Sequence record: NC_031245.1
Length of the DNA stretch: 64,000 nucleotides
Reading direction: 5' to 3' (one strand)
Part shown: positions 47,222-54,968 of the stretch, in pieces
Numbering within the stretch: the stretch's first letter is position 1
Layout of the letters: every line of letters begins with the position of its first letter
Notes under the pieces: generated by a model
What the model was told of the DNA's origin: nothing
The model's input: only the letters and a program-made list of their open reading frames with translations
Database searches by the model: none
Program-made: the position numbers and the translations under genes

Positions 47222-47479
47222 ATGAAGAGAATATTAATGTTTTTATCATGTTTGGTAGCTTTAGTTGTCGTAGGATGTGGAGGTACAGCATTAGATAAAA
47301 CTGGAGCTGAGACTAAAGTAACTGTCGATCCTACTAAGTTTGATGTATACGATACTGAATTCGGAGGTATTCTAGTGGATAAAGAGACTGGATGCCAGTA
47401 CCTATCTAAAGGTGTTCGGAGTGCATGGACTCCTAGATTGACTAGCAAAGGTCAACCGATGTGTAATGATAATAAGTAA
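47222..47479 (+). CDS. Small lipoprotein
   Basis: Signal peptide with lipobox VVGC; LVDKETGCQYL motif. Confidence 0.7.
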   Translation: MKRILMFLSCLVALVVVGCGGTALDKTGAETKVTVDPTKFDVYDTEFGGILVDKETGCQYLSKGVRSAWTPRLTSKGQPMCNDNK

Positions 47480-47493
47480 AGAGGTGTTTATCT

Positions 47494-47781
47494 TTGAAAA
47501 TATATGAGATTTATAGAATAGAGAATGATGGGACTATGAAGTTCATGATGTACACTAAGTCAGATAGTCGTTCAGAACTCTATAAATTTATCAAAAATGA
47601 GAAAGTCATATTCCCTGATAGTCACAAGTACAAGATAGTAGAGAGCAGTGATGATATCTTAGATATCAGTAAGCCTTACGAGTACGTAAGAGGATGTCCT
47701 CGCCATAGAATACCTACTCCTGAGGAAAATTGTCCTATATGCGATGGAAAGGGAGAACTCATGATACGTAACATAGGCTAG
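47494..47781 (+). CDS. Hypothetical protein
   Basis: GAGGTG RBS + TTG; C-terminal C..H..CPIC. Confidence 0.6.
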   Translation: MKIYEIYRIENDGTMKFMMYTKSDSRSELYKFIKNEKVIFPDSHKYKIVESSDDILDISKPYEYVRGCPRHRIPTPEENCPICDGKGELMIRNIG

Positions 47782-47802
47782 TCAGCTTGACTAGCCTTCT
47801 TT
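47775..47802 (+). terminator. Hairpin/terminator overlapping a promoter motif
   Basis: AGGCTAGTCA-gct-TGACTAGCCT plus TCTTT; the loop is the GCT box of the promoter. Confidence 0.6.
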
Positions 47803-47813
47803 AAACGTTTATA
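47785..47813 (+). promoter_or_regulatory. Phage promoter motif GCT-N17-ACGTTTATA
   Basis: Exact motif and spacing. Confidence 0.7.
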
Positions 47814-47841
47814 TTGGTGTCAATTGGAGAGGAGAGTTAAT

Positions 47842-48786
47842 ATGCAAATAGCTCAATTAAGTAAGTTGGATAATGGATCACAAGTTGAATTTAAAGCATT
47901 AATAGGTGATCCTGAGGAAAGACCTAGTAAGGGTAATCCTTTTATAGTTGTAGGATTCAATGACCAGACTGGAAGGGTCGAAGGTAAAATATTCAGTACT
48001 ACTTTAGATCAATTTTACGCTCGATATAATGTTTACAATGGCGACTTAGTCAAAGTTTATGGTCGAGCTAATCACTGGAATAATACTTTCCAGATAGTAA
48101 TCGATAATTTAGAAGTGCTGGCTGATTCGAGTCAAGTTAATCCTTTGGATTATGTGCCATCTTATCCTAAGATCTATGTAGGTAAGGCTAGACATGGACT
48201 TATCAATTTAGCAGAGTCCATTGAGGATGAAAGATACAAGAAATTAACTAAATTCGTCATGGGTATTGATGGGGAGAAGTCTGATTTCTCGCAATTCATG
48301 AACTCCATAGGGTCAGTTAACTTTCATCATAATAAAGGTGGAGGACTTGCAATCCATACATACGGAGTGGCTCGCATAGCTGATAGAGTATGTAAACTCT
48401 ATAATTTCCAAGGTCTAATTCGATCTAGATTGATCTTCTTAGCACTAGTCCACGATATTCAGAAACGTGAGGAGTATATATCCTTTCCTGTAGCTAAGAG
48501 AAGTGACTTATTGCTAACTCATGTTCCTCGAGGAGCTTCATTTGTTGAAGCAATCAATATGTACTTCGGTGATCTGTTACCTGCCAATGAGTTGGTTCTG
48601 TGTCAGAAGGCTCTATTACTTCACCATGGTGAGTGGAGTAATTACAAAGTAAATGAACTATACCGTGAAGAGTACCCTCTAGAAGCTAAGCTACTACATT
48701 CCTTCGATCAAATCGAAGCATGTTCTTTCGATTTATATGAAGGAAATGAGCAAGCTTATCTCGAAGCAGTATTTTCAGACTTCTAA
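47842..48786 (+). CDS. OB-fold + HD-domain nuclease (YhaM/Cbf1-like 3'-5' exoribonuclease)
   Basis: N-terminal OB fold (DQTGRVEGKIF..VKVYG); FHHNKGGGLAIHT, LVHDIQK, LLHHGE, LHSFD. Confidence 0.82.
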   Translation: MQIAQLSKLDNGSQVEFKALIGDPEERPSKGNPFIVVGFNDQTGRVEGKIFSTTLDQFYARYNVYNGDLVKVYGRANHWNNTFQIVIDNLEVLADSSQVNPLDYVPSYPKIYVGKARHGLINLAESIEDERYKKLTKFVMGIDGEKSDFSQFMNSIGSVNFHHNKGGGLAIHTYGVARIADRVCKLYNFQGLIRSRLIFLALVHDIQKREEYISFPVAKRSDLLLTHVPRGASFVEAINMYFGDLLPANELVLCQKALLLHHGEWSNYKVNELYREEYPLEAKLLHSFDQIEACSFDLYEGNEQAYLEAVFSDF

Positions 48787-48793
48787 TTAGTTG

Positions 48794-48822
48794 GCTCATT
48801 TCAACTTCGCTAGACGTTTATA
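48794..48822 (+). promoter_or_regulatory. Phage promoter motif GCT-N17-ACGTTTATA
   Basis: Exact motif and spacing. Confidence 0.75.
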
Positions 48823-48877
48823 CTGGTGGAACTGGTTGTCAGTCCCACTGGTATAACTCTCTAGGAGGTACACATCA

Positions 48878-49297
48878 ATGGCAAAGCGTAATAGACCTGA
48901 ATATGTTCAAAGAACTGAGATCGACTATGTAAATTTCAAGTCTAAGAAATTCTCCACTGAAGATGTTGTTTTTCGTAAGATGGAGGCAGAAGCTCGTGCT
49001 GCACGTCGTAAGAAGAACAAGGATAAAGGTAAGTCAGGAGCAGAGGAATTCAAGTCTACATTGGTTAATGGCAGATGGGTCGAGATTGACGGTATCGTAC
49101 GAGAGTGTAGAGATACTGGAGTTCTCGCATACTTGAATGACAAAACTTCTGAATGGGTCATTGTTGAAGATATTGAGGACTTACCTCTAAGTCGTTACAA
49201 TGCACTTATGAAATACCGTAATAGTCGGAGCAACTCTAAGTTTTCAGTTATGGACTCCGCTAATATAAAAGGTGATCTATCAAAGATAACCGAATAA
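48878..49297 (+). CDS. Hypothetical basic protein
   Basis: AGGAGG RBS; Lys/Arg-rich. Confidence 0.7.
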   Translation: MAKRNRPEYVQRTEIDYVNFKSKKFSTEDVVFRKMEAEARAARRKKNKDKGKSGAEEFKSTLVNGRWVEIDGIVRECRDTGVLAYLNDKTSEWVIVEDIEDLPLSRYNALMKYRNSRSNSKFSVMDSANIKGDLSKITE

Positions 49298-49337
49298 GTC
49301 AGCAATCGTTGACTAATAACACTAAGGAGGTAAAGTT

Positions 49338-49577
49338 ATGAGTGAAGTAGAACAATTCTCGGAGATTCTTGAGAAGGATCAAGTGGGTTACTCGACGAAT
49401 GTTGAATTCTATTTCAATTTGGATAAGTTAGTAGGACTGTCTAAGAAAGTTAGTCCTAGCGAAGCAGAGCAAGTATTTGTTCAGTACCGTCACGGTTATT
49501 TAAATAATCGTTCCTTATTCAATAAGTTGGTCGATGTAACTGAAACTTCTCTAGGAAACTCCAAAAGACTACATTAA
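49338..49577 (+). CDS. Hypothetical protein
   Basis: AAGGAGG RBS. Confidence 0.7.
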   Translation: MSEVEQFSEILEKDQVGYSTNVEFYFNLDKLVGLSKKVSPSEAEQVFVQYRHGYLNNRSLFNKLVDVTETSLGNSKRLH

Positions 49578-49592
49578 TTTGGAGGGATTAAC

Positions 49593-49967
49593 ATGCTAGA
49601 GAAATTCATCACAGGTTGGACGGAAGATACTCCATTGGAGGTAACTAAGAATCTAGCTTATTGGGAAAGAAATATGCTAGCCTTGTTACTAGGAAAGGTA
49701 ATGAATCAGCTACATCAAACTCAAGGTGAAAATGATCCTAATTACGTAGGAGTCTGCGGATGGTACTACGATACGGATAATAACTGGGATGGATGGAAAC
49801 GTGTTGTGTCACTTGATGATGGACGTATAGGATTCCATGTTCCAGATGAGTTTGATGTAGGTGATCTACCTTTAATCGAAGCCAACTGGGACGGTCACAC
49901 AACTAAGGATAAATGGCTATACGTAATGAATAAAGTCGGAGCTAAAATTCCTGACACTCTAATCTAA
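49593..49967 (+). CDS. Hypothetical protein (WDGHT motif)
   Basis: GGAGG RBS; IGFHVP...WDGHTT. Confidence 0.7.
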   Translation: MLEKFITGWTEDTPLEVTKNLAYWERNMLALLLGKVMNQLHQTQGENDPNYVGVCGWYYDTDNNWDGWKRVVSLDDGRIGFHVPDEFDVGDLPLIEANWDGHTTKDKWLYVMNKVGAKIPDTLI

Positions 49968-49989
49968 TCATACTCTAGGAGGACTCAAT

Positions 49990-50523
49990 ATGAACACTAA
50001 TAATTCTAACCACAAACAGATGAAAGCACAAGCAATGCTTGGTATAATCGCATCAGCGATGCTGGATGGTGATAACGAGGATAGATACCTACCTTCAGAT
50101 GAAGGATTTAATGAACTACCGTTTGCCTACCAAGTTGTAGCTAAGAAGTTAGAAGCTTTCGAAGTCAAGACTAAATTCACCCATCTAGCTACCATGCTGA
50201 TAGCTCTTTATTCAGAGAACAATCCTGGTATGGTTCAGTTACTAGCTGCTCAATGTATTGAGTCCAATAGAGATAAAGTCGATGTAAATCTAATCGTGAA
50301 TAGATTTCCTGAGGAAGTACCTTCGCCTTCTGATAGATCTTTCTCCAAGTTATGGGATAGTCAAAAGATTGCGATACCTGTTGATAGTAAAGGTAACACT
50401 AAACTTATTAATGCGGTAGATACTCCAGCATTCTGGATTCACTTGAGTGAAGGTAAGAATATTGAAGAGTCAATCCAAGCTATCAAATCTAAGTTGGATG
50501 AAACTGTATCTGATATTATGTAG
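49990..50523 (+). CDS. Hypothetical protein
   Basis: AGGAGG RBS. Confidence 0.7.
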   Translation: MNTNNSNHKQMKAQAMLGIIASAMLDGDNEDRYLPSDEGFNELPFAYQVVAKKLEAFEVKTKFTHLATMLIALYSENNPGMVQLLAAQCIESNRDKVDVNLIVNRFPEEVPSPSDRSFSKLWDSQKIAIPVDSKGNTKLINAVDTPAFWIHLSEGKNIEESIQAIKSKLDETVSDIM

Positions 50524-50757
50524 GTGACTCTTATGAAAAGGGTAATTATATCACTGGAACAAGATAATGAACAAGGAGAAGTTCTGGAGTCTAAGTACCA
50601 ATTAGTGTTAGAGTCTCCAGAACGGGATCCAGTAACGTCTCCTTGGACTAATGAAGCTATAACTGAAGAAAAAGCCAGAAGTGTAGCTAAACTACTAGGA
50701 TTCTCAACTTTCAGAATCTATGAGGAGAAGTTACAAGTAAAAGAATATCAAGTTTAA
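50524..50757 (+). CDS. Hypothetical protein
   Basis: 77-aa ORF; ATG at 50533 is an alternative start. Confidence 0.6.
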   Translation: MTLMKRVIISLEQDNEQGEVLESKYQLVLESPERDPVTSPWTNEAITEEKARSVAKLLGFSTFRIYEEKLQVKEYQV

Positions 50758-50768
50758 TAAAATAGTTA

Positions 50769-50797
50769 GCTGGATTCAACGCTCTCATACGTCTATA
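50769..50797 (+). promoter_or_regulatory. Phage promoter motif GCT-N17-ACGTCTATA
   Basis: Exact motif and spacing. Confidence 0.75.
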
Positions 50798-50836
50798 CTT
50801 GTGAAGTGAGCCGTGGTGCTCTAGTAATTCAAAGGA

Positions 50837-51331
50837 GTGATAGTTATGGGAGCTACTTCAATTCCCGAACACTTTAATATACAATATGATAAAACTACTG
50901 AAAGTGGTACTCATTTATTCAAAGTACGTAATGAAAAGTCTGGTGGGAGTTACCTTGTAGCAGTGGAAGTCGGAACCAATCACGTAGAAGATTGTTCTTG
51001 CCCTCATCATATCTATCGTAAGCAGTACTGCAAACACATGAAGCATGTGAATACCTTCTTATCTGAAAATCCTCGATTCTTAACTCAAGTTACTCCGAGT
51101 AAAGTCTTACCTTCCGTATCTGCTTATGATAATAAAGTAATAGATAAGATAGTAAGTATTTATAAGGATAGGATCAAAACTGATGATAAGATGCATCTTT
51201 ACCTAACTAGATGTATAAGGACTTGGAGTAAGTTCCAAACTCCAATTTATATTGAGGATGTAAAGTATAGGTTTGATGATCCATTCAGTTCTTCTGAAAT
51301 ATTGGCTTATCAATTAGGAATGGAGGATTAA
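50837..51331 (+). CDS. SWIM zinc-finger protein
   Basis: CSCPHHIYRKQYCKH (CxC..CxH). Confidence 0.75.
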   Translation: MIVMGATSIPEHFNIQYDKTTESGTHLFKVRNEKSGGSYLVAVEVGTNHVEDCSCPHHIYRKQYCKHMKHVNTFLSENPRFLTQVTPSKVLPSVSAYDNKVIDKIVSIYKDRIKTDDKMHLYLTRCIRTWSKFQTPIYIEDVKYRFDDPFSSSEILAYQLGMED

Positions 51332-51332
51332 G

Positions 51333-51656
51333 TTGTACAATTTCAGTTCTCATCATGATTCAATAGTCAAGTCTGAATCTATTGATTGTAAGACTCACTT
51401 AACTGAAGAGCAAATTCGTACCTTAATAGGTAAGAGAGTTGCTCTACGTAATACTGTACCAATTGCTGACGATTCAGCACCTGATGGAGTTAAAGAAGAA
51501 ACTCTTCAAGCTGAATACTTAGTAGCTGCGTACGACAAAACAGTGATGGTTAATTCCTCAGGTGAAGAAGTTGTTACCTGGACAATTTACGGTGACAATG
51601 GTCAGGGTCAAAAGTTATACAACTACTTGACTCTAGTACTTCTTGATGAGGATTAA
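51333..51656 (+). CDS. Hypothetical protein
   Basis: GGAGG RBS + TTG. Confidence 0.6.
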   Translation: MYNFSSHHDSIVKSESIDCKTHLTEEQIRTLIGKRVALRNTVPIADDSAPDGVKEETLQAEYLVAAYDKTVMVNSSGEEVVTWTIYGDNGQGQKLYNYLTLVLLDED

Positions 51657-51685
51657 GCTCTATTCAGGCTTACTAAACGTTTATA
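51657..51685 (+). promoter_or_regulatory. Phage promoter motif GCT-N17-ACGTTTATA
   Basis: Exact motif and spacing. Confidence 0.75.
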
Positions 51686-51728
51686 ACTGTGAAGTCGTTG
51701 AAATTCAAAATTTTGGGAGGAATATTAA

Positions 51729-52679
51729 ATGAAAAAGCCTAACATCTATCTTGCAAGTCCGTGGTTCTCTAAATACGGATCTTTAGTAGAAGAGACATTA
51801 TACAATTTCTTGAAATCGGATGATCGTATTTCAGTTTACTCACCACGTCGTGATGGAACTAAACTTGAACCTGGTCAATTCCACGATCATGGATTACGTG
51901 CTAAAGTTTTTGCTGACAATGTTAATAATATCGTTAATGCTAACGTAGTCGTTGCTAACGTTGACTCTTTCGAAGGTCATTTAGATACAGGTACGGTTTG
52001 GGAAATCGGGTACGCTATTAACAATAAAGTTCCTGTTATTATCTATACAGGACTTGATAGTGCTAATATTAAAACCGAGGATATCTTAGAAAAGGTTTAC
52101 AAGGTAACCGCTGATGAGTTGTTTGGATTCGATCTATCCGCCGAGTTAGTTACAGTAAGTTCGCTTGATGCACTTAAGGTAAGCTATGAGTCAGTACTTC
52201 AACTTAGTGTTGAGGAAGAGTCGTTATCGCTATTCGTTGTAGGTCCAACTCAAACTCCAGAGAACCTTAAAGTGATTGCTGGGATAAAGGAACTTCTACA
52301 TAGTAAAGGTATTGCTTATGTTGGAGTAGATGAGCTCATGGTTGAATCTGAAAATGAGTTCGATAAGCAATTGAATGATATGTTTAATACGAATCCAGTT
52401 AGTACTATCGAGGAATATGTTAAGGAGTCTGATGGTGTAATCGCAATCATCGATGACCGTAATCCTCTAGTTAGTATGACAATGGGTATGGCATACGGTA
52501 TGAAGAAACCAATGATCTCCTTTACTAATTTTGACTACGGTGTAAACTTAATGTTAATGTTAAGTATTGCTCGTCACGTTAAAGGACTTGGGGAATTAGG
52601 TGAAGCACTAGATGTAGTCGTCAACGAAGGATTTGATGCTTTAGGTGAGAATAACTCTGAAGGAGTTAAAGTTATCTAG
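51729..52679 (+). CDS. Nucleoside 2-deoxyribosyltransferase / dNMP N-glycosidase family, tandem domains
   Basis: IYLASPWFS, YSPRR, VFADNV..I, DTGTVWEIGYA (catalytic Glu); second degenerate copy with MTMGMAYGMKKP lacking the Glu. Confidence 0.82.
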   Translation: MKKPNIYLASPWFSKYGSLVEETLYNFLKSDDRISVYSPRRDGTKLEPGQFHDHGLRAKVFADNVNNIVNANVVVANVDSFEGHLDTGTVWEIGYAINNKVPVIIYTGLDSANIKTEDILEKVYKVTADELFGFDLSAELVTVSSLDALKVSYESVLQLSVEEESLSLFVVGPTQTPENLKVIAGIKELLHSKGIAYVGVDELMVESENEFDKQLNDMFNTNPVSTIEEYVKESDGVIAIIDDRNPLVSMTMGMAYGMKKPMISFTNFDYGVNLMLMLSIARHVKGLGELGEALDVVVNEGFDALGENNSEGVKVI

Positions 52680-52709
52680 ATCAGCTCGATAGTCCAGCTA
52701 TGAATAACC

Positions 52710-52735
52710 GCCTAGGGAACTTCCCTAGGCAATTT
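52710..52735 (+). terminator. Possible terminator
   Basis: GCCTAGGGA/TCCCTAGGC stem with a weak T tract. Confidence 0.45.
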
Positions 52736-52752
52736 AAAATGGAGGTTATCTT

Positions 52753-52941
52753 ATGAGAATTCCTGAACTACACTGGATATTTAATAATAAAGATAAATTG
52801 ACTCAAGAGGAAGTTACTAAACTTGAAACTGAGTATGACTTCTTTAAGCAATACAAAAATGGTGAATTAGATTTACCTGCAGTCAAAATGCTGGATGCAA
52901 TGAATAACTGTATTGCTATCTATAATAAGTACAATAAGTAA
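52753..52941 (+). CDS. Small hypothetical protein
   Basis: GGAGG RBS; 62 aa. Confidence 0.65.
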   Translation: MRIPELHWIFNNKDKLTQEEVTKLETEYDFFKQYKNGELDLPAVKMLDAMNNCIAIYNKYNK

Positions 52942-52944
52942 GTC

Positions 52945-52973
52945 GCTCGATTCAGGTTTTCTAAACGTCTATA
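52945..52973 (+). promoter_or_regulatory. Phage promoter motif GCT-N17-ACGTCTATA
   Basis: Exact motif and spacing. Confidence 0.75.
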
Positions 52974-53024
52974 CTTGTGAAGTTGGTTCCGACACTTTCG
53001 GAATTGCAAAAGGGAGTGAAGTAA

Positions 53025-53669
53025 TTGGGATTCAAAGTTATCTATGGGGCAAATTCTTACATAGCTAAGAACGTACTCCATATGAGCGATAGTGATTACA
53101 TAACTGTAGGTAATCAAGATTGCGACTACACTTATGAGGAGTTCAGGAAACTAAAGAATATTCCTGGGATAAGTCAGGTCTTGTATGCTACTGGTAGACC
53201 TCAACCTCCTAATTCTAAGTTGTCTGAAAATCCTGACCTATTTAGTAAGAATGCTTTTGACTTTTTCAAATTAATGGAGCATCTAGAGGAGTTCTTAATG
53301 AAAGATGCAAGCATAGTCTATCTCTCTTCAGGTCATTCTGTGAGAGCAAGTGATATCAATCCTTATTATGCTGCAAGTAAGGCATCCGTGAATTCTTACG
53401 TCGTATCTATGAGTAAGAAATTCGCTAAGATGAACCTTAAGGATGGAGGTCATCGTAGGATAAATGCAGTTGCTCCTGAAGCAATTGATTCTCCTATGAT
53501 TGATTCCATGTTAGAGTTAGATAATGTACCAAGGGATGTTTATATCAATACACGTCCTAATATGAGACTGCTGTCAATCGAAGAAGTAGTCCATCCTATC
53601 TTGTTCCTGCTTAGTAATAAATCTACAGGAATCAATGGACAAATTTTAATTCTTGGAGGAGTAAAGTAA
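53025..53669 (+). CDS. Short-chain dehydrogenase/reductase (SDR)
   Basis: YGANSYIA nucleotide loop, VYLSSG, YAASK (YxxxK), RINAVAP..IDSPM, FLLS..STGINGQ. Confidence 0.85.
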   Translation: MGFKVIYGANSYIAKNVLHMSDSDYITVGNQDCDYTYEEFRKLKNIPGISQVLYATGRPQPPNSKLSENPDLFSKNAFDFFKLMEHLEEFLMKDASIVYLSSGHSVRASDINPYYAASKASVNSYVVSMSKKFAKMNLKDGGHRRINAVAPEAIDSPMIDSMLELDNVPRDVYINTRPNMRLLSIEEVVHPILFLLSNKSTGINGQILILGGVK

Positions 53670-54910
53670 TGAAAAGAACTGAGTACAAACAACCTAGCGT
53701 AGAGTTAATTAGGGATTTCAATGCTAAGAAAGAAGCATGGATGATTAGTCGTCCTCACTTAGATCATAGCAATATCGATAAGGATATCCTTGGAGTAGAA
53801 GCTATGGACTTACCACTTAATGGATTCGCTCAGTACGTATTCCATGTTAATTCAAGCTTGTTATTCCGTGACTTGATGTTCACGATTCGTCCATTAGTCG
53901 TATGGGCTAAGTCAAATCGTACAACTCCAATCAACAATAAAAATATGTTCTGCTCTGGTGAGTATGAAGGTATTTATGAAAATGAAATTCAAGCAATGTT
54001 CAATGAGGTTTACGAAGAAATCGAGTCAGGAGTTCCTCAGGACTTTGCTAAGAAGAAGTTGCCAATGGCTGCTAATACAGAATTCACTATGAGTATCGAT
54101 GACCGTACTCTAATTGCCTTCATTAAAGTACTTAAGCTTCACAATAAGGACTTATACGAAATCTACGGTAAGAAGTTCCTTGAAGCTATTGGTCGTGATG
54201 AGGACTACGTAGAGAATCGCCACATGGTTGATATCTATCCTAAGATTTCATTGTCCCAACAAGAAATCGAAGCTGTAGGTACAACCCATGAGCACCTTGA
54301 ACAATTCATTGGAGTATACAGTATCAGCAACAACTTAATGGCTCAATTCATTCGTCAGCATTTCTCTACAATCAAGAACGGATTATACAACAAAATTGAG
54401 CATAAGTCTGTTAGTGATAAGGAAGTTGCTCTTCAACGTTGTGATGACGAGACAGTAGTTGCACTTTATGCTGATCGCTCGTCTTTCAGAAAGGTATTAA
54501 GTGTACGTGCTCAATGGTTCGGTCAATGGGATCATAAAGGTAACGATAGCTGGAGTGCAATTCTAGATCCATACGTTAAGGATATGACTCCTGAGGAGTT
54601 CATGGAATTACTCCCTCACGGTAACGCTGAAAGTACTATGTTAGAGGATATGAAACCTCGTATTCGTGCAGGTAAGGTAGAAATAACTGAAGATGGTCGT
54701 ACCTTAACTGGTGAGGTAAATCCTCCTTGTCCGTTACTTCTTGAGAAACCTGATTTAATTGACTTCAGAAAGCAGAAGTACGGATCTAACAGTGAAGTAT
54801 TCAAGGCATGGGAGCGTATACGTGATGCTGGTCTAATCAACGACAATCCAGATAACCCATGGCGTAAGGAATATGAACACAATGTAAAAACTTACGGACT
54901 ACCTGAGTAA
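53669..54910 (+). CDS. Divergent ThyX-like (flavin-dependent thymidylate synthase fold) protein
   Basis: TIR-x7-SNR equals a degenerate RHR-x7-SxR motif; QDFAKKKLPMAANTEFTMSIDDRTL matches ThyX EDAR..LP....T.....N.R.L; second partial copy AQFIRQH; TAATG coupling to the SDR gene. Confidence 0.55.
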   Translation: MKRTEYKQPSVELIRDFNAKKEAWMISRPHLDHSNIDKDILGVEAMDLPLNGFAQYVFHVNSSLLFRDLMFTIRPLVVWAKSNRTTPINNKNMFCSGEYEGIYENEIQAMFNEVYEEIESGVPQDFAKKKLPMAANTEFTMSIDDRTLIAFIKVLKLHNKDLYEIYGKKFLEAIGRDEDYVENRHMVDIYPKISLSQQEIEAVGTTHEHLEQFIGVYSISNNLMAQFIRQHFSTIKNGLYNKIEHKSVSDKEVALQRCDDETVVALYADRSSFRKVLSVRAQWFGQWDHKGNDSWSAILDPYVKDMTPEEFMELLPHGNAESTMLEDMKPRIRAGKVEITEDGRTLTGEVNPPCPLLLEKPDLIDFRKQKYGSNSEVFKAWERIRDAGLINDNPDNPWRKEYEHNVKTYGLPE

Positions 54911-54968
54911 TTCTCAGGTATCTGTTACATAGCAATATATTAGCTTAATACACCTAGGAGGGATTTTT

